From Alphaproteobacteria bacterium (GTDB lineage Bacteria; Pseudomonadota; Alphaproteobacteria; GCA-2731375): 64,000 nucleotides of DNA. How positions within the stretch are numbered: position 1 is the stretch's first letter; every line of letters starts with the position of its first letter. The stretch covers positions 3,904,001-3,968,000 of the forward strand of contig CBDDPY010000002.1 in assembly GCA_965232515.1 (NCBI GenBank), read 5' to 3'. The notes below the pieces were generated by a model, which saw only the letters and a program-made list of their open reading frames with translations, was not told where the DNA came from and ran no database searches. The position numbers and the translations under genes were made by a program. This document shows, piece after piece, positions 12,099 to 23,077 of this stretch.

Positions 12099-12569
12099 TT
12101 ACGAACGGTTGCGTTGCAGCCGCTTCTCGATTTGTCGCTTTTCCCAATCGGCGCCGAACAGGGAAAACACCTCGAACACGGCCAGCCCGTGCGATGCCAC
12201 CCCCAGTCCCCAACCCAGCGCGGGCCAGATAAACCACGGATAGTCCGTCGCCATGAAGAAATAGGCCACGATCATTGCCGCAATCGAAATCAGGTAGACG
12301 ATGAGGTGGCTGTAAAAGCCCTTGATGTCGCGAACGTATTCCAGGGCCTCGCGCTCGGCGTCCGGCAGCTCTCGTTGTTTGTACATGCTCGTCTCCGTCG
12401 ACAGCGTGGCGATATCCACATCGAATACCGAAGCCAACGCGCCGAGCGTTTCCAGGCTGGCCTTTCCGCCGCGCTCGATCCGCTGGATCGTGCGCACGCT
12501 GAGACCGCTCACCTCGGCGAGTGTCTCCTGGGACCAGCCTTTTTCCAGCCGTAGTTTGCGAACGATCAT
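12099..12569 (-). CDS. XRE-family HTH regulator fused to a 2TM domain
   Basis: LRLEKGWSQETLAEVSGLSVRTIQRIE HTH; GFYSHL...WGLGVASH 2TM domain; ATG 12569. Confidence 0.85.
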   Translation of the reverse strand: MIVRKLRLEKGWSQETLAEVSGLSVRTIQRIERGGKASLETLGALASVFDVDIATLSTETSMYKQRELPDAEREALEYVRDIKGFYSHLIVYLISIAAMIVAYFFMATDYPWFIWPALGWGLGVASHGLAVFEVFSLFGADWEKRQIEKRLQRNRS

Positions 12570-12844
12570 CCGATCCGCCCTCCGGGCGCTGAGGCTTCGA
12601 TATGACGAGCATCGGGAAATATACACCCGAAGACCACGCCAGCGACCCGACATCAACCCGTCATGACGCCGACAAACGGCCCGATCTGGCCAGATTCCGC
12701 GCTTTCCGAACCACAGATGCGCGGCAGCGCGCCCGCCGCGACAATGGCGGACGGCCATCATCCATCGCTTCTCAGCCGGCGTTCCGGCCGCGAGCCAAGT
12801 CTGGTATTCGAATTGGAATCAGGCCGCCATTGGCGGCCGTTCGG

Positions 12845-13165
12845 TCAGATCGATTCTTCGATCCACTCGACGATCTTGGACTTCGTCGCCGCGCCGACCT
12901 TGGTCGCCGCGACCTCGCCGCCCTTGAACAGCATCAACGTCGGAATGCCGCGCACGCCGTACTTCGTCGGTGTCGACGGATTGTCGTCGATATTGATCTT
13001 GGCAACCGTCACCTTCTCGCCCATCTCGGCCGCGATTTCTTCCAGCGAGGGGCCAATCTGCTTACAGGGACCGCACCATTCGGCCCAGAAGTCGACGACA
13101 ACCGGTTGGTCGGACTTCAATACGTCGTCCTCGAAGGACGCGTCGGAGATCGCTTTGGTGGACAT
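12845..13165 (-). CDS. trxA: Thioredoxin
   Basis: [11 protein letters not shown]; start trimmed to ATG 13165. Confidence 0.97.
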   Translation of the reverse strand: MSTKAISDASFEDDVLKSDQPVVVDFWAEWCGPCKQIGPSLEEIAAEMGEKVTVAKINIDDNPSTPTKYGVRGIPTLMLFKGGEVAATKVGAATKSKIVEWIEESI

Positions 13166-13293
13166 CTGTCGTTTCCGCCTCTTGTTTCTGAACCCGCTCG
13201 GGTTCGGCTTGCAATCGGTCGCCGCGCGCCCGGTGGGACGAGTTACGCCGGCCCGTCCGGTGCCCTTTAGAGTAGGAACGCGACCCCCGAGCG

Positions 13294-16200
13294 TCAAGGT
13301 GCGTGCCGGTCCAGCAGGCCGTCTTTCAGCGGCATCAGCCGCGGTCCGTCAGTCCACAGCAACGCGCACCGCACGAGCCGATCAGGGTAAATCTCCCGCA
13401 ACGCGGCGCGATAGGCCGCCATCTGCTTCAGATAGATGTCCGGCACCGCCTCAGCGGTCGCGGGCGGCGGCCGCTGCGTCTTGTAATCGATCACCAGCAC
13501 CTCGGCATCGCTGACCCGCAGCCGATCGACCCGGGCGGCGATGATGCGGTCGCCGATGCGCCCGGCGATCGGCGCTTCCGCCCGCGAATCAGGCCCGAAG
13601 ATATCGGCAAAGTCTGGATCGGACAGCACGGCCAGCGTTTCCTCGGCGATCTCGCGCTGCGCCTCCGGCGACAGCCCATGCGCCGGATTGGCGAGATACC
13701 GTTCGGCCGCCGCCGCCCACGCATCGGCCGGCACGTCCGGCAGTCCCTGCAGCAAGCGATGGATCAGATTGCCACGCCGGAACCGCACGCCCTTGTCGGC
13801 TCCCAGCGGCGGCTGCACCGGCGGATCGACCTCGACCGGCCGCGAGGGCACCAGCGGCCGCGGCGGATCGGCCTCCGGCGGCGCCGGCCGCAACGCCCAA
13901 TCCGGCAAAGGCGACGGCGCCCTGTGCACGGCTGTCGCCGATCCGGGCGCCGGCTCAATCTGCGGATTGCTCAGCCGCAGCCCGGTGTCGCCCCCATCGA
14001 GCGCGATTTCGCTGCCGAGGTCCCGCATCGCCGTCTCGGCGTAGTCGTACCAGCAGCCGGCCGGGCGATCCTTGGCGGTCTGCCAACCGCAGATGTAGAG
14101 CCGGTCCTCCGCCCGCGTCAGCGCCACGTAGAACAGCCGCCGGTATTCCCGCGCCCGCCGCGCGCGCGCCGCCTGTCGCGCCTCGCCCGCGACCGCTTCC
14201 TCCATCTCCCGCCGCGGCACCCAGACCAGGCCCCGGCTGATTCCGCCGTTGGCCAGCCAGAACAGCTTGCCGTCCTGCCGCGGATCGGGCGCCCGCACGG
14301 TGTCGGGCAGGAAGACGACCGGCGCCTGCAAGCCCTTGGCGCCGTGCACCGTCATCACCCGCACCTCGTCGCGACGCTGCTCCTGATCGCGCTTGACCTC
14401 GGCCGCCCCGGCCTCGAGCCAGGCGAGAAAGCCCTGCAGCGACGGTGGATGCGCCCGCTCGTATTCCAGGGCCAACCCCAGGAACTCGTCGATGGGTTCG
14501 TTCGCTTCCGCGCCGAGCCGCGCGACCAGACGCCGCCGGCCGCCTTCGGCGCCCAGTAGCCGCGCGAAAAAGGCGAACGGCGCCGCGAAATCGGCCCGCG
14601 CCAGCCAGTCGGCCAACCGGGCATGCGCGTCGGCGAAGTCCGGCCGGTCGCCACGCCGCCGCGCGAGCGTACGCCAAAGCGTGTCGTCGCCGCGGCCGTG
14701 GGCCAGGTCGAACAGCGTGTCCTCGTCGAAGCCGATCAACGGTCCCTTCAGCACCGTGGCGCAGGTCAGATCGTCCTCCGGCAACAGCAGGAACTGCGCC
14801 GCCGCCATCAGGTCCATCACCGCCAACTGGTCGGCCAGCACCATGCGGTCCAGGCCGGCGACCGGAATGTCCCGCGCCTTCAACTGCCGCACCATGGCCG
14901 GCAGGAACGGCGCCCGCCGCTGCACCAGGATCATGATGTCGCCGGCCCGGATCGGCCGGCCCGCCGATTCCAGCATCTCGCCGCTATCGAGCCAGCGCCG
15001 GATCAGTTCGGCGATCCGGCCCGCCAGGCGCTGCACCGGGCTGTCGTCCGGTTCCTGGTCCAGCGGCGGCGACCAGGGCTCGCGCTCCGGCCGTTCCTCC
15101 GGCGCCTCCGGCGGCCACAGCTCGACCAGGCCCGCGTGACCGCGACGATGCGCCAGATGCCGGATCTCGGCGTCCTCGGCGAACAGGCCGTCGCGCGCGT
15201 CCGCGTCGGCGAAGACCCGGTCGACGAACGCCAGCACCGAGGGCGTCGAACGGTACGACCGCAAAAGCTCCACTGGCCGCCAAACCGCCTGCGCCTCGGC
15301 GATGCGTTGGGCGAAGAAGGCCTGCATGTCGCTGAAGGCCTGCGGATCGGCGCGCTGAAAGGAATAGATCGATTGTTTCGGGTCGCCGACTGCGAACACG
15401 GTTCTGACGTCTTCGCGGGCGCCGCTGCCGGCGAAGAACTCTTCCGCCAGCGCCCGCACCACCTGCCACTGGTCGGGATTGGTGTCCTGCGCCTCATCGA
15501 TAAGAATATGGTCCAGGCCGCCGTCCAGCTTGTACAGCACCCAGGCCGCGGCGCGGGTCTGGGTCAGCAGGTCGCGCGTGTGCAGAATCAGATCGTCGTA
15601 ATCCAGCAGCGCCCTTCGCCGCTTCTCGTCCTCGTAGCTGTCGATCAGCCGGTCTCCAAGCCGCAACAGCGCCGCCGTCGCCTCGGCCAACCGCACCGCC
15701 TTGAGGCGCTGCCGAACGCCGTAGAGACGCTCGGCCTCCGCGCGCAAGACATCATCGGCATCCGGCGCTATATCGAGCACGGCTTTGGTGGCAAGGCGTT
15801 CGCGGATCTCGCCGGCCTGCGTCAAGAAAGCCGCGCAATAATTCTCGAAGCGATCCGGCCGGCCGGCCGGATCGTCCAGCCAGGCGGCGATCACGGCCGC
15901 CCGGCCGGCATCGGTCTTGCCGCCGTCCGCGAGCGCCGGCAGAACCCCGCGCAAGGCCGCGACATCGATCGCGAGGTCCGCGCAGGCAGCCGCCACCACG
16001 GTTGCTTCCGTGGCGTCTTCCTCGACCGACAGCGCCGCGCGGATCGCCGCGATCAGACCGTCGATGCCGGCATACTGATCCAGCAGGCGCCGCAGCCGGC
16101 CGCGCTCGTTGCTGAGCGTCGTCATGATCTCGCTGAATGCCTGCTCCTCGACATGCGCGCTCAAGGCCGCCATCAGCTTGGAGCCGGATTCGGCTTCCGC

Positions 16201-16695
16201 CGCCAGCACCCGGTCGCGCGCGTCGATCAGCAGTTCGCCCGCCGTGCGCTCGTCCATGACCTGGAAATGCGGCGCCACGTCGGCTTCCAGCGGAAAACGG
16301 CCGAGCAGCGACTCGCAGAAGGCGTGGATCGTCTGCACCTTCAGGCCGCCGGGCGTCTCCAGCACGCGGGCGAACAGCCGGCGGGCCCGGATCTGGTCGT
16401 CCGCCGCCACCGGCGCGCCGGTCAGCGCGGCGATGCTGCCGGCAAGTGCCGCGTCGTCGGCGATCGCCCATTCGCCAAGCCGCCGGTGCAGGCGGTTCGC
16501 CATTTCCGCCGCCGCCGCCTTGGTGAAAGTCAGGCACAAAATCCGCTCCGGCCGGGTGCCGCCCAGCAGCAGCCGCAGCACCCGGTTTGTCAGCACCTGG
16601 GTCTTGCCGGTGCCGGCCGACGCCGTCACCCAGACCGAGGCCTGCGGATCGGCGGCGCTGATCTGCTCGCGGGTCAGACGCTCCGGCGCGCTCAT
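13294..16695 (-). CDS. addA: Double-strand break repair helicase/nuclease AddA
   Basis: [31 protein letters not shown]-terminal IDYKT nuclease; ATGA overlap with addB. Confidence 0.95.
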   Translation of the reverse strand: MSAPERLTREQISAADPQASVWVTASAGTGKTQVLTNRVLRLLLGGTRPERILCLTFTKAAAAEMANRLHRRLGEWAIADDAALAGSIAALTGAPVAADDQIRARRLFARVLETPGGLKVQTIHAFCESLLGRFPLEADVAPHFQVMDERTAGELLIDARDRVLAAEAESGSKLMAALSAHVEEQAFSEIMTTLSNERGRLRRLLDQYAGIDGLIAAIRAALSVEEDATEATVVAAACADLAIDVAALRGVLPALADGGKTDAGRAAVIAAWLDDPAGRPDRFENYCAAFLTQAGEIRERLATKAVLDIAPDADDVLRAEAERLYGVRQRLKAVRLAEATAALLRLGDRLIDSYEDEKRRRALLDYDDLILHTRDLLTQTRAAAWVLYKLDGGLDHILIDEAQDTNPDQWQVVRALAEEFFAGSGAREDVRTVFAVGDPKQSIYSFQRADPQAFSDMQAFFAQRIAEAQAVWRPVELLRSYRSTPSVLAFVDRVFADADARDGLFAEDAEIRHLAHRRGHAGLVELWPPEAPEERPEREPWSPPLDQEPDDSPVQRLAGRIAELIRRWLDSGEMLESAGRPIRAGDIMILVQRRAPFLPAMVRQLKARDIPVAGLDRMVLADQLAVMDLMAAAQFLLLPEDDLTCATVLKGPLIGFDEDTLFDLAHGRGDDTLWRTLARRRGDRPDFADAHARLADWLARADFAAPFAFFARLLGAEGGRRRLVARLGAEANEPIDEFLGLALEYERAHPPSLQGFLAWLEAGAAEVKRDQEQRRDEVRVMTVHGAKGLQAPVVFLPDTVRAPDPRQDGKLFWLANGGISRGLVWVPRREMEEAVAGEARQAARARRAREYRRLFYVALTRAEDRLYICGWQTAKDRPAGCWYDYAETAMRDLGSEIALDGGDTGLRLSNPQIEPAPGSATAVHRAPSPLPDWALRPAPPEADPPRPLVPSRPVEVDPPVQPPLGADKGVRFRRGNLIHRLLQGLPDVPADAWAAAAERYLANPAHGLSPEAQREIAEETLAVLSDPDFADIFGPDSRAEAPIAGRIGDRIIAARVDRLRVSDAEVLVIDYKTQRPPPATAEAVPDIYLKQMAAYRAALREIYPDRLVRCALLWTDGPRLMPLKDGLLDRHAP

Positions 16696-19619
16696 GCCGC
16701 GCCCCCGTCCTCGCCGGCGGCCGACCATTCGCCGATGCGCGCCAGATGGTCGTAGTCGCCGAAGCGCAGCGCCATGTCGGGCCGCGGCCGCGCCCGGTAA
16801 GGCGTCGCCGGGTCGTCGAAGGCGGCGATCAAGGCCTCCAGCCCGGTCCGCGCCCGCGCCGCCGCCTCGGCCGCATCCATGTTGACGGGCTTCACCTCGC
16901 CCGGCGTCGGCCCGCCGGTCAGCCGCCAGAAGCTGAGACCGCCGACATGCGCCTCGGGCAGGCCGTCGAAGCCGCCGGCGAGCGCGATCGCCGCTTCCAG
17001 GGGCAATTGCGGCGCGCCGCCACTCTCAAGCTCGCGGTGCGTCGGCAGGCCGCCGGTCTTGTAGTCGATAATCTGCAAACCGCCGTCCGGCAGCCGGTCG
17101 ACCCGGTCGGCCGTCGCCGTCAGCAGGAAGTCGCCGCCCGGCCCCGTCAGGGCCAGCTTGCCCGCGACCTCGGTCGCCAACGGCTTGATGTCGGGCCGAC
17201 GTGCCCGCTCCAACGCCAGGAACCACCGGGCGATGCGCTCGAAACGCGGCCACCAGAAAGCGCGCACGCCGGGCCGGTTCAACATCGGTCCGAAGGCCTC
17301 GCGGCCGGCGGCCAGCAGCAGCGGCAGGGCGTCGTCCGGCAGGTCGTCCGGGTACCGACGCACGAAGGCGTCCAAGGCATGGTGCACGGCCGTGCCCCGG
17401 TCGGCGGCGCCGGGATCGGCGTCGAGCGGCTCCAGCGGCTTCAGCCTCAGGATGTAGCGCGCGTAGATGGCATAGGGATCGCGCATCCAGACCTCGATGC
17501 GCGTGACCGACAGCCGCCGCGGCCGGGCGGCCGGCGGCGGCCGCGGCGCCGGCGGGACCGGCGATTCCATTTGCGCAGGGACATCGAGCTGGCCCTGCCA
17601 GGCCGTCAGGTCGGCCGCCGCCGCGATGTCCCAGGCAAGCCCAGCGGCGGCCATGACGTTGTCCAGCCGCAGCAGCCAGCGCGACGGGACTGTCGGCGTG
17701 CCCTCGACCCGGTCGGCGCGGGTCAGCAGCACGTCCGGCGCGGCGGCGGCCTGCACGAAGTCGTGCGCCGACAGGCCGATGCGGCGCTCCGGCGACGGCA
17801 GGCCCAGGATCTGCCGCATCGGCCGGCTCAGCCAGGCGTCGGCCGGCGCCTCGGGCGGCCAGCTGCCCTCGTTCAGCCCGCCCAGGATCAGCAGGTCGGC
17901 GCGCTGCAGCCGCGCCTCCAGCGGTCCCCAGATCGACAGGCGCGGATGCGCGCCATAACGCGGCCGCAGCACCCGGCCCTCGATCAGCGTCCCGAACAGG
18001 GCCGGATAGATGCCGCCGTCGATCGGCCGCAGCCCCTCGCTCGCCGCGTGCAGCTCGCTGACAAAGGCCGCCGCCGCCTCGCCCGCGTCGCCGTCCCACA
18101 ACGTCGGCCGTCCGGTCCCGTCGGCGCTCAGCCATTCGGCGAACGCGACATGCGCGGCGATCAGTTCCGGCAGCGACGCGTCGGCCATGCCGAACAGCGA
18201 CTCGACTTCCTCGGCGGCGCCGGCCAGCGCGTCCACGAACGCATGCAGGCGTTCGCTGCACGACGCTTCCCCCACGGCTTGATGCAAACCCGAAAACCCG
18301 GGCGCCGGACGTGGACCACGGAGGACCTTGACCTCCAGCTCGCGCACCAGGGCATGGCGGGCCGCCGGCGCATGGCCGGCCGTCGCCAGCGGATGCTTCA
18401 TTGCCGCCAGCAGCGGCACCGGCGCGGCGCGCTCGCCGACAAGCTCGGCCGCCAAACGCAGCAGCGTGCCGGCCGGCGTCGCCTTCAGCGGCAGGCCGGC
18501 CGAATCGTCGACCGCCACGTCCCAGCGCAGCAGCTCCGTCGCGACCCGTCGGGCAAGGTCCCGGTCCTGCGTGATCAACGCCGCGGTCGCCGCCGGCGTT
18601 TCCAGGACCCGGCGCATGGCGAGCGCGATCACCCCGGCCTCGGCCTGGCTGTCGGCGCAGTCGACGCGGCGCAGGCCGTCGAGCGCGCCGGCCGGCAGCG
18701 GCGGCAGGTCGCGCCATTGTTCCGTGGTCTCGGCCGGCCGGGTTGCCTCCGACAGCAATTGCCGGCGGCCGACATTGCCGTCGCCCGGCGACCAGGGCCG
18801 GACGTCACGCCGATCGACACCCATGCCGGCCAGCAATTCCTTCAGGCCGAACTGCGGATGGCCGGCATCGAGCTGCCCCCATGCCGCGTCGTCCAGCGTT
18901 TCGTCGAGCCCCGGCAATACGACGGCCCCCGCCGGCAACCGCGCGACCACGCCGATCAGCTCCGCCGTCGCCGGGATGCTGCCGGTGGAGCCGGCCGCGA
19001 TCACTGGCCCGGTCGGCGGCGCGGCTTGCCAGGCGGCGGCGCGGGCGCGGATCGCCCGGTCGCGCCGCTCGGCCGGATCGAGACAGCCCTCGGCGGCCAG
19101 CAATCCGCGCCAGGGCTCGGCCAGCACCTGGAGGAAGTCGAGCGTAATCTGCCAGTGCGCCGCGAACTCGGCCGGCGCCAGATCGGCCAGCGCCTCCAGG
19201 GGCAACGCTTGCATCTGCATCTGGTCCAGCAGCCGCGCCAGCTCGGCCGCCAGCAGCGCGGCCTGGGCGGCATCGACGTCACGCAACTGCCGGATCAGCT
19301 CGGTCAGCAGCAGTTGCCGCCGCAGGCCGCCGATCGCTGGCGGCAGCGTCAGGTCGGCGTCGCCGCCCGCCTCGCCAACGTCGACCAGATCGTCCTCGAC
19401 ATCGCCGATCGGCTGCATCGTTGGCAGCAGCATGGGCCGGCCGTCGCCGATGCGCAGGAAGGCTTCGCTCAACGCCCGCGCCGCCCGCCGTGTCGGCAGC
19501 AGCACGGTGACCCGGCTCAATTGCAGCGGCTCGGCCCCGTAGCGCGCCAGCAGGCCCTGCGCCAGCGCGTCGACGAAGGCCACGCCGGCGGGAATGTTGT
19601 AGACCGTCGGGCGGTCCAT
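16692..19619 (-). CDS. addB: Double-strand break repair protein AddB
   Basis: LLPTRRA, AGSTGS, RDPY, DR..IIDYKTG; upstream of addA. Confidence 0.93.
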   Translation of the reverse strand: MDRPTVYNIPAGVAFVDALAQGLLARYGAEPLQLSRVTVLLPTRRAARALSEAFLRIGDGRPMLLPTMQPIGDVEDDLVDVGEAGGDADLTLPPAIGGLRRQLLLTELIRQLRDVDAAQAALLAAELARLLDQMQMQALPLEALADLAPAEFAAHWQITLDFLQVLAEPWRGLLAAEGCLDPAERRDRAIRARAAAWQAAPPTGPVIAAGSTGSIPATAELIGVVARLPAGAVVLPGLDETLDDAAWGQLDAGHPQFGLKELLAGMGVDRRDVRPWSPGDGNVGRRQLLSEATRPAETTEQWRDLPPLPAGALDGLRRVDCADSQAEAGVIALAMRRVLETPAATAALITQDRDLARRVATELLRWDVAVDDSAGLPLKATPAGTLLRLAAELVGERAAPVPLLAAMKHPLATAGHAPAARHALVRELEVKVLRGPRPAPGFSGLHQAVGEASCSERLHAFVDALAGAAEEVESLFGMADASLPELIAAHVAFAEWLSADGTGRPTLWDGDAGEAAAAFVSELHAASEGLRPIDGGIYPALFGTLIEGRVLRPRYGAHPRLSIWGPLEARLQRADLLILGGLNEGSWPPEAPADAWLSRPMRQILGLPSPERRIGLSAHDFVQAAAAPDVLLTRADRVEGTPTVPSRWLLRLDNVMAAAGLAWDIAAAADLTAWQGQLDVPAQMESPVPPAPRPPPAARPRRLSVTRIEVWMRDPYAIYARYILRLKPLEPLDADPGAADRGTAVHHALDAFVRRYPDDLPDDALPLLLAAGREAFGPMLNRPGVRAFWWPRFERIARWFLALERARRPDIKPLATEVAGKLALTGPGGDFLLTATADRVDRLPDGGLQIIDYKTGGLPTHRELESGGAPQLPLEAAIALAGGFDGLPEAHVGGLSFWRLTGGPTPGEVKPVNMDAAEAAARARTGLEALIAAFDDPATPYRARPRPDMALRFGDYDHLARIGEWSAAGEDGGAA

Positions 19620-19632
19620 TATGCAAGGCCGG

Positions 19633-20370
19633 CTAGGCGGCTAAGGCCTGGTCGGCCGCCTCCAGGCCTTTCGGCGTGTTGATGCACATCCAATCACCCT
19701 CGTGCCGGAGTCCGAACAGCCGGCCGGCTTCCTCGGCGCGATCGTACAACAGGTTGAGGGAGAAGGCCCCCGACGGGCAATCGACGAACAGGGCGGGTGT
19801 CAGGATCTGCACGCCGGTGAACACGAACGGCGAGACCTGCGTCTCCTCGCGTCGCGTCAGCGCGCCGTCCGGCCACATGACGTAGTCGCCCATACCGGGA
19901 TAGCCGATCGCGCCGACGGTCGGATTGAGCAGCAGAATGGCGTCCATGCGGCCGGGATCGAAGCGGCGCGCCAGCCGTTGCAGCGTGTCCTTCATGCCGT
20001 CGAACCAGAGGGCGTCGGCATTGACCACGTAGAACGGATCGGTCCCCAACAGCGGCAATGCCTTGGCGACGCCGCCGCCGGTCTCGAGCAGTTCCCCGGT
20101 CTCGTCGGAGAACGTCACCGCGAGATCGCGCCGGTCTTGCAAATGCGCGCGAATCATTTCGCTCTTGTGGTGCAGGTTGACGACGGCTCGCTTCACGCCC
20201 GCCGCCGCCAGGCGATCGAGCGCGCGGTCGAGCAGGCTGCGGCCCGCCACCTCCAGCAATGGCTTGGGCCGGTCGTCGCCCAACGGCTCCATCCGCGTGC
20301 CGCGTCCGGCAGCCAGCACCATGGCGATTTCAGGTACGGGTATCGATAACGTCATCAAAACCTTCTGCAT
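19633..20370 (-). CDS. murU: MurU-like nucleotidyltransferase (MurNAc-1-P uridylyltransferase family)
   Basis: AMVLAAGRGTRM, PKPL, LETGGG; tsaE-amgK-murU-addB synteny. Start could be 20370 or 20355. Confidence 0.8.
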   Translation of the reverse strand: MQKVLMTLSIPVPEIAMVLAAGRGTRMEPLGDDRPKPLLEVAGRSLLDRALDRLAAAGVKRAVVNLHHKSEMIRAHLQDRRDLAVTFSDETGELLETGGGVAKALPLLGTDPFYVVNADALWFDGMKDTLQRLARRFDPGRMDAILLLNPTVGAIGYPGMGDYVMWPDGALTRREETQVSPFVFTGVQILTPALFVDCPSGAFSLNLLYDRAEEAGRLFGLRHEGDWMCINTPKGLEAADQALAA

Positions 20371-20489
20371 CCTATGTTCATGCGCACCAACGCGCCGCGA
20401 TATTGCGATTCCTGACCGTTCGGGGCAAGCATTTGACGGCGCCCCTGCGCGGCGCAGACTGCGGCATTCGGATGACCGGATAATGACAA

Positions 20490-21512
20490 ATGGCAGCAAC
20501 AGATCGAATTGACACACCCGAGGCAGCGCTGCGCGCATTCGGCAGGTCCGGCGCGCTACGGTACGTGGAAAGCGGCCTGGTGAACCGCACTTGGGCCGTC
20601 GGCGCGCCGCCGCAATTCGCTCTGCAGCTGGTCCATGCCCGTTTCAGGGACGCGGACAACGCCCATATCGAGGCCGTCGCCCGGCGGCTGCGCAGCGGCG
20701 GGCTCCCGACGCCGGAACTGATTCGAGCCGGCGATGGCGCGCTGTCGTTCGCCGGGCCGGACAATCGTCGCTGGCGTCTGTTGACCTGGCTTGACGGCGA
20801 CGTTCACGCCCAAGCGCCGAGCGCGGACCACATCCGCTCGGCCGCCGCCTTGTTCGCGCGGTTTCATGACATCCTGTTCGGATCGCCGGAAGGCATGAAC
20901 TTGCCGCCGACCGACTTTCACGACACCGACGCCTATATGCGGCATCTCGCGACGCTGATCGAGACACGCCCCGACACCGAGGTCGGACCCGTCGCCGAAT
21001 CGATCCTGGCCCTTTGGCGAACCTGGCAGGACGCTACGGTGACGCCGCGACGGCCGGGCCACGGCGACCCGAAGCTGCCCAACGTGATCTTCCGGCCCGG
21101 CAGCGCGGACGCGCTGGCGATGATCGATCTGGACACGCTGGCGCAATACGGTCTCGACGACGAGCTCGGCGACGCCATCCGGTCCTGTTGCAATCCTCGC
21201 GGCGAGGACGCCGACGACGGCGAGATCGACACCGCCCTGTTCACGGCCTTCGTCCGAGGCTATGTCGGACGGTCCGAAACCATGACACCGGACGAACGCC
21301 GCAGCATCGTCCATGGCGTCGGCCGGATCGCACTCGAACTGGCGGCGCGATTCTGCGCCGACGCCATCGAGTGCCGCTATTTCGCCTGGAACCCGGCCGT
21401 GGCGCCGACGGCGCGTGATCACAATCTGTACCGGGCTCGCGGCCAACTGCATCTCAGCCAACAGGTCACCGCGCGTCGTGGCGAGTTGGAACGGATTGTC
21501 GCCGCGGCTTAA
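20490..21512 (+). CDS. APH-fold phosphotransferase, N-acetylhexosamine 1-kinase-like
   Basis: GLVNRT, HGDPKLPNVIF, MIDLDT, ELGDAIRS, HNLYRARGQ motifs. Confidence 0.75.
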   Translation: MAATDRIDTPEAALRAFGRSGALRYVESGLVNRTWAVGAPPQFALQLVHARFRDADNAHIEAVARRLRSGGLPTPELIRAGDGALSFAGPDNRRWRLLTWLDGDVHAQAPSADHIRSAAALFARFHDILFGSPEGMNLPPTDFHDTDAYMRHLATLIETRPDTEVGPVAESILALWRTWQDATVTPRRPGHGDPKLPNVIFRPGSADALAMIDLDTLAQYGLDDELGDAIRSCCNPRGEDADDGEIDTALFTAFVRGYVGRSETMTPDERRSIVHGVGRIALELAARFCADAIECRYFAWNPAVAPTARDHNLYRARGQLHLSQQVTARRGELERIVAAA

Positions 21513-21522
21513 CCGGCATTTC

Positions 21523-22479
21523 TCAGGCGAAGGCGTCCGGGACGTGCTCGTCGACCCAGGCGCGAACCGCCTCCAGTGACGGATGCGCCAGACGCTGCCG
21601 CAGCATGCGCCGGCAACGCGGCAGATGCCGGAGATAGCCATCTTTCCCCGCCGTCCGCGCCAGGCGCGTGAAGACGGCGATGATGCGGGTATGGCGCTGC
21701 GCCGCCAGCACCGCGCAGGCGCGCTCAAAGTCGTCACGGTCGATCTTGGGATGGGCCGCGAGATACCGGTCGACCGCCGCCGTCACGATCGCCGCCGGTA
21801 CGTCGCGACGGGCATCCTCCAACAGCGACATCAGATCGTAGGCAACCGGTCCGATACCGGCGTCCTGGAAATCCAGCAGGCCACAGGCCTTCGCGCCCGG
21901 CCGTTCGGGCAGGTGCACCAGATTGCCGGCGAAAAAATCTCGCAGCAGCAAGGATTGCGGCAACGCATCGGCCGCCGCCAGCGCCTGTCGCCAGGCGGCA
22001 ACGAACGCCGCCCTGTCCGCCGTCGGCGCGAAGAGGTCCGCGAACAGCGCCGCCTGCTCGGCGAACAGATCCGCGTCGTAGCGCGGCAAGTCCTCGGCGC
22101 CCTGAAACCGTTGATGCAACGCGATCAACATGTCGACCGCCAACGCGTACAGCGGCACGGCATCGGCGCCGGCATCCAGAAGGTTGGCGAACACGGCGTC
22201 GCCGAAGTCTTCGACCAGCAGAAAGCCCCGATCCGCATCGGCCCGCAGCACGGTCGGCACAGACAGGTCCAACCCCCGCAGCAATTCGGCTACCCGCGCG
22301 AACGCCGCCAGATCGTTGTGCGGCGGCGGCGCGTCCATCAGCACCGCGGTGTCGCCGCCTGCCCGGCGTAGGCGCACGAACCGGCGCGAGGAAGCATCGC
22401 CGGCGAGCGCTTGGTGCGCGGCCGCGGCCCAGCCCGCGTCGTCCAGGAAGGCGGCGGCCAGATCGTCGCGTTCAGTCAT
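21523..22479 (-). CDS. amgK: AmgK-like anomeric MurNAc/GlcNAc kinase (APH fold)
   Basis: LAGDASSRRF, LMDAPP, EDFGD, LLDFQDA..GP.AYDL.SLL.DAR; overlaps tsaE. Confidence 0.8.
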   Translation of the reverse strand: MTERDDLAAAFLDDAGWAAAAHQALAGDASSRRFVRLRRAGGDTAVLMDAPPPHNDLAAFARVAELLRGLDLSVPTVLRADADRGFLLVEDFGDAVFANLLDAGADAVPLYALAVDMLIALHQRFQGAEDLPRYDADLFAEQAALFADLFAPTADRAAFVAAWRQALAAADALPQSLLLRDFFAGNLVHLPERPGAKACGLLDFQDAGIGPVAYDLMSLLEDARRDVPAAIVTAAVDRYLAAHPKIDRDDFERACAVLAAQRHTRIIAVFTRLARTAGKDGYLRHLPRCRRMLRQRLAHPSLEAVRAWVDEHVPDAFA

Positions 22480-22960
22480 GCGCCGCCTCGCGCAAAACCG
22501 GCGCCAACCGCACCGCGCTCCCGAACGCGGCCCAGCTCAGCAGCCGCTGCTCGCCGCCGGGCGTGTCGTCGAAAGCCAGATCCAGCCGGTCCGGCGGCGC
22601 CAGGTCGCCGAGCCGGTCCGGCCACTCGATCAGGCAGATCGCCGATGCAAACGCGTCCTCCAGTCCCAGCTCGGTCAGCTCCTCGGGCGCGCTCAACCGG
22701 TAAAGATCGATATGCCAGACCGTGCCGGCCGCGGTGTCGTATTGCAGCATCAGGTTGAAGGTCGGGCTCGGCACCTCGTCGCTGACCCCCCGCGCCCGCA
22801 GGAAGGCGCGGGCGAAGGCCGTCTTGCCGACGCCGAGCTCGCCCGCCAGGCAGATCACATCGCCCGGCCCGGTCGCCCGCGCCAGCGCGGCGGCCAGCGC
22901 TTCGGTCGCGGCGAGATCGGCGAGGAGGAATGCGCCCCGCGTGGCGAGATCATCCGGCAT
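22472..22960 (-). CDS. tsaE: tRNA threonylcarbamoyladenosine biosynthesis ATPase TsaE
   Basis: LAGELGVGKT, VPSPTF, HIDLYRL, LIEWP; C-terminal part of ORF 22472..24055. Confidence 0.93.
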   Translation of the reverse strand: MPDDLATRGAFLLADLAATEALAAALARATGPGDVICLAGELGVGKTAFARAFLRARGVSDEVPSPTFNLMLQYDTAAGTVWHIDLYRLSAPEELTELGLEDAFASAICLIEWPDRLGDLAPPDRLDLAFDDTPGGEQRLLSWAAFGSAVRLAPVLREAAHD

Positions 22961-23077
22961 GCGCCGCCTTGTACGCCGTTCGCCGGCGATGGGCAACGTC
23001 CGGCGGGACTTGCGAAGCCGGTGTACCCGGTCCATGTTGGCGCGCGCCAACACTTTGAACCGCCAGGGAATTCGCCG

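Noticed and set aside
14623-19682. Very long antisense ORFs (710 and 978 aa), and similar ones at 8822-10948, 39367-41589, 42427-45267 and 49664-52636
   Set aside because: They mirror well-supported genes on the other strand, have no recognisable motifs, and are expected from high-GC codon bias
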